Virus record (IMG/VR): IMGVR_UViG_3300028549_000963
Coordinates: 1,749 to 65,748 of that record
DNA: 64,000 bases
Direction: 5' to 3' (one strand)
Origin: a virus
Lineage: Duplodnaviria > Caudoviricetes
This document shows positions 16,178 through 25,617 of the stretch, in pieces. A program made the position numbers and the translations under genes. The notes under the pieces are model-generated. The model searched no databases, was not told the origin of the DNA, and saw only the letters and a list, made by a program, of their open reading frames with translations. Numbering within the stretch: position 1 is the stretch's first letter; every line of letters starts with the position of its first letter.

Positions 16178-16418
16178 TTCGTCGGAACCCGCATACCCGC
16201 TCTCCTACTCAGCTGGCGACGGGATGTATACAGGCCTGACCAAACGCCAGAAAATCGCCGCAATGATCCTGGCCGGCATGTACGGTGACCCGAACCGTAT
16301 AGGAACTGTCCGCGGATATGCAAGGAAGGCGGTGGAAACTGCCGACACGCTGCTCCATACCCTCGCCACAATTGAACCCGGGGAACTCGGGCCAAAGGAG
16401 GAACATGGACAAGTTTAA
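16155..16418 (+). CDS. Phage hypothetical protein (PAYP...GLTKR...AA family)
   Basis: AAGGAG RBS; motif common in phage early regions. Confidence 0.7.
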   Translation: MDIQAKNDSSEPAYPLSYSAGDGMYTGLTKRQKIAAMILAGMYGDPNRIGTVRGYARKAVETADTLLHTLATIEPGELGPKEEHGQV

Positions 16419-16596
16419 TGTGACCATCTCGAGCGACGGCCCTAACGGCAAATCGTCACTCATGAAACTCATAGCCGAAGCGATACAGATATTCGGCTAC
16501 GATGTCACCTGTAAAGAGAACGGCGAAGTCGTCGGCCATAAGGACGGCGGAATGTTCTCCAACGGCAAGGCCGTGGAGATTAACGTAATTCAATAA
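16405..16596 (+). CDS. Small hypothetical protein
   Basis: GGAGG RBS, ATG 16405. Confidence 0.6.
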   Translation: MDKFNVTISSDGPNGKSSLMKLIAEAIQIFGYDVTCKENGEVVGHKDGGMFSNGKAVEINVIQ

Positions 16597-16605
16597 AGGA
16601 AAACT

Positions 16606-17211
16606 ATGAGTGAAACACCGATAGCCGCGAAAGGAGAGAAGAACGCGACGATCATTGAGATCAACCGGGCGTGGGAGACCTTCTCATCCCTAATAGGGGA
16701 TCTGAAGAATAAAATCCGGGAGATCGGATCCGTCGTAGCCTGGCTTCTGGACAATGATCCGGGGGCCCGCGAGATGTTCCGCCGGCTGGGGCTTGATCGG
16801 TTCACCGTCAACAGATTCGCTAAGGTCGGAAGGGGTACGCTCCTTCCGGAGCTTGCCTGTAACTACGGTGGACTTTTCGACAAATTCCCGACCGATCAAC
16901 AGAAGAAGGTACTTCACGAAAAAGTGGAAGCCGTCATACGGGAGGCGAACGGCACATACGCCACCATAATGGTCGACGTACTGGACGCGGACCCCACACT
17001 CCTGATGCGGGTCCTTGCAAGTGACCACATACGCACTCCTTCGGAGCAGAGGCAGTATATCGAAAGGTGTACAAAGGCCATACCTATGGCTGCGACAGCG
17101 GGAAGTACGCAGGAGACCTGGCGGGTATTAAGAGGCGGGAAACTGGAAGTAGCCGGCCCCTGCGTCTTCACGAGGTCGCAGCTGCTCTCCATACTGAAGT
17201 CGATGGACTAG
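16606..17211 (+). CDS. Hypothetical protein
   Basis: AAGGA RBS; 201 aa. Confidence 0.75.
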   Translation: MSETPIAAKGEKNATIIEINRAWETFSSLIGDLKNKIREIGSVVAWLLDNDPGAREMFRRLGLDRFTVNRFAKVGRGTLLPELACNYGGLFDKFPTDQQKKVLHEKVEAVIREANGTYATIMVDVLDADPTLLMRVLASDHIRTPSEQRQYIERCTKAIPMAATAGSTQETWRVLRGGKLEVAGPCVFTRSQLLSILKSMD

Positions 17212-17227
17212 AAATACGGAGGAACCT

Positions 17228-18049
17228 ATGGAAACACCGGAGGAAAAGAAAGCGCGAGGTAGGAAATACTATGCGCGGAACGCAGAACGCATACGCGCAC
17301 GGGTCCGGCAGTGGACTGAGGAGAACCGCGAGAAAAAACGATTGTATGATAAAAAGTACGCCGAAGAAAACAAAAAGCACATAACGGAGGTGCGCAGGAA
17401 ATACCGGGAACGGAATCACGAACGGATCCTAGAGAGGGGGCGCATCTGGCGAGAGAAGAACAAAGAAACGCTCCGTCGTAAGAAGAAAGAATACGCGAAG
17501 AGGAAAAAGGCGCTGGGTATCACGCGGAATCGCGAGAAGGATCTCGCGCGGTTGCGGATGATCTCCGCGAAAAACGGGGCCAACAGGATAAACATGGCCA
17601 TTAGGACCTTAACGTCCCTAGAAAACCAGACCCCAGAGCAGCGGGCCAAGATGATCAGAACCGCGGCGGAAGCACGCGTAAAGAAGGCGGAGAAAGAACG
17701 TATACGCTGTCGGGAAAAGGCACGCGAATACGCCCGCAAATATCCAGAACGGGTAAAAGAAAGTCGTAAAAAGCACTATGCGGAGCATAAAGCGAAGCAA
17801 GCCGCCCGGAAAAAAGCGGAATACCGCGCCATGACAGAGGAACAGAGGGCCAAGCTCCGGGCTAAGAAGCTGGAATGGTCGCGCAAAAACAGAATACGGT
17901 TATCGGAGAAGGCCCGCCGGTACCACTACGAAAGACGCGGACTCCCGGTTCCGCCTAAGAGAGTGGTAAATCCGAATTCAAGGAACGCGATCGCCCAGAG
18001 AAAATATAAGGCGAAGAAGAAAGCGTTACCGAACACCACTTCGGACTAA
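17228..18049 (+). CDS. Highly basic K/R-rich helical repeat protein (no nuclease motif seen)
   Basis: GGAGG RBS; repeated Y/W.E.N.E(K/R) units; no HNH or CxxC motif. Confidence 0.7.
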   Translation: METPEEKKARGRKYYARNAERIRARVRQWTEENREKKRLYDKKYAEENKKHITEVRRKYRERNHERILERGRIWREKNKETLRRKKKEYAKRKKALGITRNREKDLARLRMISAKNGANRINMAIRTLTSLENQTPEQRAKMIRTAAEARVKKAEKERIRCREKAREYARKYPERVKESRKKHYAEHKAKQAARKKAEYRAMTEEQRAKLRAKKLEWSRKNRIRLSEKARRYHYERRGLPVPPKRVVNPNSRNAIAQRKYKAKKKALPNTTSD

Positions 18050-18090
18050 CAAAAAACAAACTAACCCGAGGGACGTCAACCTCGGGAGTC

Positions 18091-18145
18091 CCTGTCCGTG
18101 ACTTATCCGTCACGCTGATGACGGCCTATGGAGGGCCGAAACAGG
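18091..18145 (+). ncRNA. Type III hammerhead ribozyme (variant with an extra C after CUGAUGA)
   Basis: CCTG-T-C / stem I CGTGAC-TTATCC-GTCACG / CTGATGA / C / stem II GGCC-TATGGAG-GGCC / GAAA / CAGG; GUC cleavage triplet ends at 18096. Confidence 0.85.
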
Positions 18146-18193
18146 AATTAGCTTGCGCTGAGAAGCGCATAACCTCACGAAGGGAACAACAGT

Positions 18194-18457
18194 ATGATCA
18201 AGATCGAGAAAAAGTTACTCGCCAACTTTAAGAAGGCGGCTGTCGCGTTAGTGGCCCCGGGCCCCCGGGCTCATATCACGAAGATATTCTTTGTAATCCC
18301 CGGCGTTCCGGGTGAAATCGAGGCGTGGGTCGGGAGCTTCCTCTCCTTCGCTCACCATCAGGATGGAAAAGAATCGAAGCGTCTACGCTTGAAAGATGGT
18401 GTGCGCTATGATAATCTCTCGCAATGGTTAAAGGAAACCGCCGCGAGGGAGATCTAA
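18194..18457 (+). CDS. Hypothetical protein
   Basis: AAGGGA RBS; first gene after the hammerhead. Confidence 0.65.
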   Translation: MIKIEKKLLANFKKAAVALVAPGPRAHITKIFFVIPGVPGEIEAWVGSFLSFAHHQDGKESKRLRLKDGVRYDNLSQWLKETAAREI

Positions 18458-18459
18458 AT

Positions 18460-18852
18460 ATGACTAAGAAGGAAAAGCGTCGCATCCAATTAGGGGTTCA
18501 AAAACGTGAACTCGAAAAAGGATTGCGATCGCTCCCGAAGCGCCGTCTCCGCCGCGTCATAACCGACGAACAGCGGGAGGAGCGGCGCATACGTTCCGAA
18601 CAAACCCGGCTTGACCGGCTGATGGAGCGTATCAGATTTCGTGAAATGCACAACGATTACGCCGAGACCGTCCAGGCTATCGAGGCCAAGCAGGCTTCCG
18701 AGGCACCCGGACGGTTCGGGCGTGGCGAATCCGCCCTGGATCAGTACGTCACTCATGACCTCATCCAGATCGACCGCGACTACCACGGCTGCAGACGGCT
18801 CAACGACCCCGACGACGATGGCGACACCGACGCCTGGGCGCGGGCCGATTAA
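18460..18852 (+). CDS. Hypothetical charged protein
   Basis: GAGGGAG RBS, ATG 18460. Confidence 0.65.
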   Translation: MTKKEKRRIQLGVQKRELEKGLRSLPKRRLRRVITDEQREERRIRSEQTRLDRLMERIRFREMHNDYAETVQAIEAKQASEAPGRFGRGESALDQYVTHDLIQIDRDYHGCRRLNDPDDDGDTDAWARAD

Positions 18853-19105
18853 GGAACTTATGACAGTCTTCGCTATTGAGACCACGAGCATCACGCTTCA
18901 CACGGATGCCGGAGATGGGATTTGCAGTCCGAAGGGGCACAGACTCTATCTCGATATTATCCTCGCGGATTACGTCCTCAGCATCCCGCTGTGGAAGATC
19001 CGCTAACGGCTTCCGCGCGATTTAAACGGCGCGCGGGGGACACACGCCCCGTTGCGGGCCCCGGGTGGGGTTCGCGGCGGGGTTCTTTAATTTCAAAGGA
19101 GACCT

Positions 19106-19489
19106 ATGGATTACCACACTATGTTCAGGAACCTCTGGGCGTGGATCGCCGAGGATCCCTCACGAGAGAAGCATGAGTGGCCGGGCTTCGTGGAGACAGG
19201 GCACATACCGAGCTACTGCCCGGCGTGCGCACACGCCGACCAGATCGGTACCGGCAACCCCGGCGACCGCTGCTATTACTGTCCGTTGGAAGACGGGGCA
19301 AAGAAATCGCAAGCCGGATTCTATGATGACAGGGCGTGTCTCGGCGGATTGTATACGCTTTATCTGACTGCGGCCGCGGACTACCGGAGCTACCGGGAAA
19401 TGATGGCTTCCGTGGAACTAATCGAAGAACAACGCCTGCGCGCCGTCAAGGCCGCTGAAGCGATACGCGACCTCGAATGGAAGGACTGA
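19106..19489 (+). CDS. Cys-rich conserved phage hypothetical protein
   Basis: AAGGAG RBS; W.WIAE.P...K..W, CPAC, CYYCPL, CL.GLY motifs. Confidence 0.75.
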   Translation: MDYHTMFRNLWAWIAEDPSREKHEWPGFVETGHIPSYCPACAHADQIGTGNPGDRCYYCPLEDGAKKSQAGFYDDRACLGGLYTLYLTAAADYRSYREMMASVELIEEQRLRAVKAAEAIRDLEWKD

Positions 19490-19590
19490 TATGCTCTGTA
19501 TCAACTGTAAAGGACGAAGAAGAGATGCAGGCTCTTATCGATAAACTTAACGCACTGGGCGACCTGTACGTTGACCTGGAGAACTGACCT

Positions 19591-19956
19591 ATGAACTTAT
19601 TCGGAAAAATGGGGATCACTACCGAGCACTTGTTCGGTAAAGGTTCCAAGCACATCGCGTTTAACTACGTCGTGCAAAGCGCCGGGGATAGCTTGGATCG
19701 CGCGGCTATCATCGGAACCACATGTTTTGCCAAAGACATGAGCTTCGGCGGGATAGCGAAGAAGACGCATACCCTCGTCATGTGCGATGCCATCGTGCGT
19801 CCGAGGCTGGTGGTCGTGTCTGACCACCTCCGGGGTGTCGGAACTAGCGGGATCCTGCGCGACGGTATAGCAAGCATAGATGGCTGGGTTACCCACGGTG
19901 AAGTAATTTACTGTGCCGATCCCGCAGACGCGAAGAAAATGGGGTTAAAGGTGTAA
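19591..19956 (+). CDS. Hypothetical protein
   Basis: ORF track; tightly packed with neighbours. Confidence 0.6.
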   Translation: MNLFGKMGITTEHLFGKGSKHIAFNYVVQSAGDSLDRAAIIGTTCFAKDMSFGGIAKKTHTLVMCDAIVRPRLVVVSDHLRGVGTSGILRDGIASIDGWVTHGEVIYCADPADAKKMGLKV

Positions 19957-19958
19957 CT

Positions 19959-20522
19959 ATGCGCGGAAAATCAACACGGAAGTATGACGTGTGGGGGATC
20001 CACACGGAAGCCGGCATCAAGAAAGTCGAAGTGCGCGTCTCCACGGGAGGCGCGCTCGTCCTCTCTGCCGTGATGGACGACGGTACCATCCTTACGGGGA
20101 CTGACGTCGACACCTTTCGCAGGGAGGTAAACGAATACGTCGTCGGGTTACATAAACTCGATTGGGAAAAGGTACTCGTTGTCTCCACCGCTGACCGTGA
20201 GAAATACGGACGGGAGAACTATATCAATGTCACGCTCGACTGGGGGATCTGCCACAGGGCCCAATTCTGTGGAAAGACTGTCTGGAAAAAGAAAGAAGGC
20301 AGCTGGCAAATGATCGACTACTACCACGGCATTCACGCCGGAGGGCCCGGCAGCCTCGATCGTGTGATCCCATATACCGAAGCCGGTGAAGCCTTCCTGC
20401 GAGCGACTGTCGCAAGTCTGGAAGCGTTTAGTAAAAAGATCGAGGACTTCTTCCAGTCGGATCAACTGCAACTATGTATCGAGCGGAACGCATTACTGCT
20501 ACCCGCAAAGGAGACTACATGA
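19959..20522 (+). CDS. Hypothetical protein
   Basis: AAGGTG RBS; 187 aa. Confidence 0.7.
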   Translation: MRGKSTRKYDVWGIHTEAGIKKVEVRVSTGGALVLSAVMDDGTILTGTDVDTFRREVNEYVVGLHKLDWEKVLVVSTADREKYGRENYINVTLDWGICHRAQFCGKTVWKKKEGSWQMIDYYHGIHAGGPGSLDRVIPYTEAGEAFLRATVASLEAFSKKIEDFFQSDQLQLCIERNALLLPAKETT

Positions 20523-20689
20523 TCAAGCGCTACGACGCGTACTTCGGCTCGAACGTGTCCATCGAACAGATCGCACACGAGGACCCCGAAGGCGCATGGG
20601 TAAAGTTCGAGGACATAAAACAGTTCTTCGGACTGCACGACCAACAGGACCTCATCACTGCCTGCCATAAAGCCAAGGATGACCTATGA
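20519..20689 (+). CDS. Small phage protein (MIKRYD...G.WVKFED type)
   Basis: AAGGAG RBS; ATGA overlaps at both ends. Confidence 0.6.
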   Translation: MIKRYDAYFGSNVSIEQIAHEDPEGAWVKFEDIKQFFGLHDQQDLITACHKAKDDL

Positions 20690-21264
20690 GAACACCTAAA
20701 AAACGCATGATCTTCGACACCGAAGCTCGTGACTTTGAATCCGTCAAGGCCGATCTCATCGACTGTCACGACAGTTCCGATGATCCGCCAATGGAACCGG
20801 GAGAGACCTGGGCTCCGACCGACAACCAAGTCTACGCCTCCATGAGTCTCGACACCGAAACCGACTGGGAGGATGCGCAGTACGAGTTGAAAAAACATCT
20901 CGGGAAGTTCGATATGTTTCTCGTCGTCGGCTCGAGCGGGACGTGGCAAGGCCCGAGAAGTGGCGGCAAGTTCTGCAAGAATCTCCAAGAGATGATGCAG
21001 TGCGTAAGCGCCTGCGAACAGTACGAACTGTATGACCGGAACGGGCGCCTGTGCATCGAGGGCAGCCACCATGACGGCCATAACAGCTTCGAGGTGAAAG
21101 CACTTACAGAACGCGGCCGTGCCTATGCTGAACGCATGGGCTATGATAATTGCAGAGAACTCCACAAGACCTTATGGGATTGGAATCTCTACACAAAGGA
21201 CATTCACTTCTCACACGAAGTGTGGGGATGTCCGAAACGGGAACACGAAAAGGAGACAACATGA
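20686..21264 (+). CDS. Conserved phage hypothetical protein
   Basis: ATGA overlaps; G.W.G, HHDG.N.F motifs. Confidence 0.75.
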   Translation: MRTPKKRMIFDTEARDFESVKADLIDCHDSSDDPPMEPGETWAPTDNQVYASMSLDTETDWEDAQYELKKHLGKFDMFLVVGSSGTWQGPRSGGKFCKNLQEMMQCVSACEQYELYDRNGRLCIEGSHHDGHNSFEVKALTERGRAYAERMGYDNCRELHKTLWDWNLYTKDIHFSHEVWGCPKREHEKETT

Positions 21265-21905
21265 AAAGATACACAGAACTCACCGATACAGAAAAACTGG
21301 CACTTGACGACACCACCTTCCTCGAAGCCGTACAGCTCGAGGCGGTCAAACAAGGACTGCAGATCCCGTTCTCCTACGAGGAACGCGTGAAGCATCTAAC
21401 GAAGGCCTTGTGGCCGAAGCCTGACCCGAACCACGTCATCGTGTATGAGCTCCTGTCCAAGCAGGGCTATAATATAGACACCACGGGAATTGCGTTCCTT
21501 AATCTAGAAGCGGCCCGCGCCGCTCTTACCGGAGCTCTCTGCATCCAGCGCAACTATGATAAGAAACCGGCAACATACTCGGGAACCGAGCATGAACCTG
21601 CTTTCGAGATCCGTGCGCTGAATCTCGGAGCGCCGACCGTTGCTAAAGGCGTGGCGTCCGTCAAGGAAGAGGCTCCGGATCTCGAGCCCTATGAGAAACT
21701 CTATACGGAATGCAGTGAGAACCTCACTGACCTTCGCACCAATGCCTACCGCCGTGAAGTGCGTATGGCGAAGCGGGAGACGTATCTGGCGCTTGCTAAG
21801 GGTGACCTGGCGATCGCAAAGAACTTCTGGGAGTCCACCGAAGGCGGTACGCCCTGGGATGAGCCGGAGAACCGCCCTGTAAACGCCGCTGAGACCGCGG
21901 AGTAA
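21261..21905 (+). CDS. Hypothetical protein
   Basis: AAGGAG RBS before ATG 21261. Confidence 0.75.
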   Translation: MKRYTELTDTEKLALDDTTFLEAVQLEAVKQGLQIPFSYEERVKHLTKALWPKPDPNHVIVYELLSKQGYNIDTTGIAFLNLEAARAALTGALCIQRNYDKKPATYSGTEHEPAFEIRALNLGAPTVAKGVASVKEEAPDLEPYEKLYTECSENLTDLRTNAYRREVRMAKRETYLALAKGDLAIAKNFWESTEGGTPWDEPENRPVNAAETAE

Positions 21906-21913
21906 GGAGACGT

Positions 21914-22189
21914 ATGCCGAAACGGCAATCGATCTGCGGAACGCACAATGATATCGGCGAAGTCCTTAACCGCATCAATCTCAAGGCAGATAAAATTATG
22001 TCTTTGTTAGATGGGGTAGAGGATCAATTAGCGATAAAAGCTCGTGAGCTAGCCAACGACATCGACTCTGAATGCCGGAACGCAATCGGACTCGTCAAAG
22101 AGGCATTGGAATCCGGCCAGGCGATGGAGCAGCGGTTGCACGAGTACAAGGACACGATTGAAGGACTCGGATTCAAACGAGTTAAATAA
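21914..22189 (+). CDS. Small coiled-coil hypothetical protein
   Basis: AAGGAG RBS. Confidence 0.7.
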   Translation: MPKRQSICGTHNDIGEVLNRINLKADKIMSLLDGVEDQLAIKARELANDIDSECRNAIGLVKEALESGQAMEQRLHEYKDTIEGLGFKRVK

Positions 22190-22196
22190 GGAGGGT

Positions 22197-22433
22197 ATGA
22201 AATTCGCATTCTACGATAGCCTCACCGAAGCCGCGCAGATCCTCGTTAAGGGGGTCTTCTGCGGCAAAATAAACTCGGTCTATGACTCGAGCCCTACACC
22301 TCTGACGGTCAAGCGCAGCGGACGCACCGTAACGCTGAACGACAGGCGTGAAGTTATCGTAGTCGTCAGCATCCCGCAATGGATACGCGACGGCTTCGAT
22401 AGCGAAGCGGCCTGGAAGGAGAAACATGGATAA
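22197..22433 (+). CDS. Hypothetical protein
   Basis: GGAGGG RBS, ATG 22197. Confidence 0.6.
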   Translation: MKFAFYDSLTEAAQILVKGVFCGKINSVYDSSPTPLTVKRSGRTVTLNDRREVIVVVSIPQWIRDGFDSEAAWKEKHG

Positions 22434-22728
22434 GAAAGAAGTAGAGACACTGGTGGCGGGCGTCAACTCCCTCTACAACCGGATCCAGATGAACAAGGAC
22501 ATCCTTGACGTCCGTCTCGGTAAGTGGGAACGACCGGTTATCCAGGTTACTATGGAGACCTTCCGTAGCCTGTTCAAAGGCCAGACGGCTAAGGAAACGC
22601 ATTGCCTGACCCCGAGCCACCGGGTCCTCCGCATAAACGTCGGAGAGGACGTCGATTCGGTTACCTTTGTCGCAAGCGAAAGCGAGGCGCCGGAGAAGGC
22701 CGAAGAACCGGCTACCGTGATCGTATAA
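22426..22728 (+). CDS. Hypothetical protein
   Basis: AAGGAG RBS; followed by a terminator. Confidence 0.65.
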   Translation: MDKKEVETLVAGVNSLYNRIQMNKDILDVRLGKWERPVIQVTMETFRSLFKGQTAKETHCLTPSHRVLRINVGEDVDSVTFVASESEAPEKAEEPATVIV

Positions 22729-22732
22729 GAAC

Positions 22733-22774
22733 AGACAGGCGATTCCCTTAAAACGGAGTCGCCTGTCTTTTTTT
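22733..22774 (+). terminator. Rho-independent terminator ending the early accessory block
   Basis: AGACAGGCGA/TCGCCTGTCT stem followed by a T run. Confidence 0.75.
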
Positions 22775-22785
22775 ATTTCCTGCGC

Positions 22786-22815
22786 TTGACAGGCGGCGCC
22801 CGACGGTGCTACCCT
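22786..22815 (+). promoter_or_regulatory. Possible sigma70-like promoter for the primase operon
   Basis: TTGACA (22786-91), 18-nt spacer ending TGC, TACCCT; immediately after a terminator. Confidence 0.4.
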
Positions 22816-22858
22816 TAAAAGCGTTTCTAAATCATGCATCATCAAGGAGAAGTTTATT

Positions 22859-23095
22859 ATGAATGCGGCGGCAATACGACAAGTGGATGTGCTATCCCTG
22901 ACAGATGTCACGGACTGCGAGATCCTCCTGGAAGAATTCAAACACGCGATCGAGCAGATCGACGCGGACATTGAAAACGGCTTCGGCGACGAAGACTGGG
23001 AGTACCGCGCCCGCAGGGCTCGGATCGAGATCGAGCATAAAACCAAGATGGTGACATTGAAGCGGGATAGTCTGAAGCAATCTATGAATAGTTGA
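22859..23095 (+). CDS. Small helical hypothetical protein
   Basis: AAGGAG RBS. Confidence 0.65.
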   Translation: MNAAAIRQVDVLSLTDVTDCEILLEEFKHAIEQIDADIENGFGDEDWEYRARRARIEIEHKTKMVTLKRDSLKQSMNS

Positions 23096-23112
23096 TCACG
23101 GGAGGATAAATA

Positions 23113-25617
23113 ATGGAATCAATCGATGTCGGCACGACCCTTGTGGCCTTGCCGAATTACGAGACTGCCGCTAAATGGGCCGTCAAATACCGCAGTATGG
23201 GCTTAAAGCACGTACATTGGACGGTAACAGCTTCCGATAAGGCGGCCGGATTGGGCAAAGGCCCGATCGTCAAGAACTGGAACACGATGGATTTCGGCGA
23301 ACCGCCGCCGTCCGAACGCGAATACCAGATGGGGTTGAAGACCGGAGCGGAGATCGTCGACGCCGAGGGCAAGCCGACAGGCCGGTTCCTGGTATGTATC
23401 GACGTGGACGATCCGGGGCTTATCGCGGAAGCCCGCAAGCTCCTGCCGCCCACGCAGATGATGGGCGGCAAGGAAGCCACCCCGTTCGCGCATTTCTTCT
23501 ACTCCGTCGACGCCCTCATGAACTCGTTCAAATGGACGGGTCTGCGGCACGACGGTTCGGTGGGCTGTCTGCTCGAACTGCTCTCCGTGACCCTCAACGC
23601 CGGAACGGTGCAGCAGGTCATGGTCACGCCCTCACGCCACTATAAGTCCGGCACTGACGTGACGTGGGTGAACAAGGACGGAACAAATCTGGGGCTGGAG
23701 GATACGATCGCCCCCGCCGAAGTCAAGGCCCTCGTCCTGCTCAAGGCCTGCCTCAAGCTCCTCGGAACCGCCAAGGGCGAGGTCGAACTGGTGGGACGCG
23801 AACGCGATCCGATCCGCGGACCGACCGAATTCGTGGCTCTGGAGGACGCCGCCGCGAAGCAGGAGGATGATGAGGGCCGGCCCGTGCAATCGCTCCTGGA
23901 TGCGAAGAGCGCGGCTCTGATCGTCGAGCACGCGGCTAACGAGCTCGAACAGGCCGAGCCCGGCAACATACAGACCTCAATGAACGCGCTCGTGTTCAAC
24001 GCGGCCTCGCTGCTGGCAGGCGGACTTACGGGACAGGAACTCACGGACAGGCTGCGCGACTTGCGCCGCCGGTGCCTCGAGGCCTTCGACGTAGTGGAAC
24101 AGCGCGTACCCGGCCAGGACTTCCGTAAATGGGAGTACACGGTCGACCGCGCGATCCAGCAGGGCGAGGCCACGCCGCGCAGGCGGGGCTCGCTCGCGGC
24201 TTACAGGCTGACCGACCAGGGCACCGCGGATCTGGTCGCCGAGGAATGGCGCGACCAGTACAGGTATATCGTCGAGGACGGCCGCTGGCTAACCTGGAAC
24301 GGGGTCCTGTGGACCGTGGAGAACAAGGGCCAGGTGCTGAGGGACATCAAGCACGTATTGCGCTGGGCGATGACACAGGCCATGTCCTCACAGGACAAGG
24401 ATTGGAAGGAGTCGGCGGTCAAGTATTACTATAAGGCCGAGTCCAAATCGAAGGCCGATAACGTCCTCTCGCTCCTGGCGGCGGACGCCGGCCGTGGCGG
24501 GCTCGCAGTCGAGATCAACGATCTCGATTCGGATCCGTGGATCTTCTGCTGCGCGAACGGTACATTCGACATCCGCACCGGGCAGCTCCGGCCTCACAGC
24601 CGGAAGGACCTATGCACCAAGTCAAGCCCCTACTCGTACGTGAAAGATGCGAAGCCCCCGAATGATATCCTCAAGGCGATGCGCCGGGCGTTCAGCCCGC
24701 AGCCCGATCCGGACTCCTGCGTCAGATACCTTCTGCGCTGGTTCGGTTACGTGGCCACGGGCGACGCCTCGCAGCAGAAGCTGCTGATCGTACATGGCGG
24801 CGGGCAGAACGGAAAGTCGGCACTCCTGGACAAGGTGCTCCGGTGGACCCTCGGCGACTACGCCGGGATCGTCGACAAAAGTGTCCTCGTGAAGTCCAAT
24901 AACACGAGTGCAGGTTCAGCCACCCCGCAGCTGGCGGACCTCAAGGGCGTACGGTTCGGACTCTTCTCGGAGACCGACCCGGGCGAGTACCTCAACGAGG
25001 CCACGATCAAAATGCTTACGGGCTCGGCGATGGTGCAGGCGAGACAGCTCTTCAAGGGCTTCTTCAAGTTCAAGACCGAGTGCAAAATCGTAATGGATAC
25101 AAACCATCTGCCGCGCCTGACGGGCGATGACTTCGCGATCATGCGGCGCGTACGGCCCATACCGTACGTCTTCCAGATCAGCGACAAGGACAAAAACGAT
25201 ACCTGGGCCGAACAGACGATAGACAAGGAAGGCGACGACTTCCTGACCCTAGTCCTAAACGAGGCACACATGTACTACAAGGAGGGGCTGGGCGCGGAGC
25301 CGGCATGCGTGACGGCCGAGACGGCCAAGTACGCCGCCGATAACGATACGATCCAGTCCTTCGTGGACGAGATGTGCGACCAGGATAACGGTGCGCGGCA
25401 CGAGAAGGTCAGTCCGATGCGCTACGAAGTCGGGGTCAAGGCCCTGTACGATTCGTACAAGCAATGGGCGAAGGACAACGGGTACCAGCAGTTCAATACG
25501 CGGAACGTATCCGCGAAGCTGCAGGCCAAAGGCTGGCATACCGAGCGCAAGACGCAGGGCTTCGTCTGGGTCGGGATCCGTCTGAAGGCCATCGAGCTAT
25601 CATTGGAGAAGAAATGA
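23113..25617 (+). CDS. Primase/polymerase fused to a P4/D5-family SF3 helicase
   Basis: N-terminal prim-pol-like motifs (VCIDVDD, H.FY, QVMVTPS.H); D5_N-like region (W..WNG..W, NGTFDIRTGQLRPH); Walker A GGGQNGKS; LA.L.G.R..SE; TN..P. Confidence 0.9.
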   Translation: MESIDVGTTLVALPNYETAAKWAVKYRSMGLKHVHWTVTASDKAAGLGKGPIVKNWNTMDFGEPPPSEREYQMGLKTGAEIVDAEGKPTGRFLVCIDVDDPGLIAEARKLLPPTQMMGGKEATPFAHFFYSVDALMNSFKWTGLRHDGSVGCLLELLSVTLNAGTVQQVMVTPSRHYKSGTDVTWVNKDGTNLGLEDTIAPAEVKALVLLKACLKLLGTAKGEVELVGRERDPIRGPTEFVALEDAAAKQEDDEGRPVQSLLDAKSAALIVEHAANELEQAEPGNIQTSMNALVFNAASLLAGGLTGQELTDRLRDLRRRCLEAFDVVEQRVPGQDFRKWEYTVDRAIQQGEATPRRRGSLAAYRLTDQGTADLVAEEWRDQYRYIVEDGRWLTWNGVLWTVENKGQVLRDIKHVLRWAMTQAMSSQDKDWKESAVKYYYKAESKSKADNVLSLLAADAGRGGLAVEINDLDSDPWIFCCANGTFDIRTGQLRPHSRKDLCTKSSPYSYVKDAKPPNDILKAMRRAFSPQPDPDSCVRYLLRWFGYVATGDASQQKLLIVHGGGQNGKSALLDKVLRWTLGDYAGIVDKSVLVKSNNTSAGSATPQLADLKGVRFGLFSETDPGEYLNEATIKMLTGSAMVQARQLFKGFFKFKTECKIVMDTNHLPRLTGDDFAIMRRVRPIPYVFQISDKDKNDTWAEQTIDKEGDDFLTLVLNEAHMYYKEGLGAEPACVTAETAKYAADNDTIQSFVDEMCDQDNGARHEKVSPMRYEVGVKALYDSYKQWAKDNGYQQFNTRNVSAKLQAKGWHTERKTQGFVWVGIRLKAIELSLEKK

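Noticed and set aside
17228-18049. HNH homing endonuclease
   Set aside because: No His-Asn-His or zinc-ligand motifs in the translation.
19007-19090. GC-rich hairpins between 19006 and 19106 as a ribozyme
   Set aside because: Only isolated hairpins; no known catalytic core or closing helix found.
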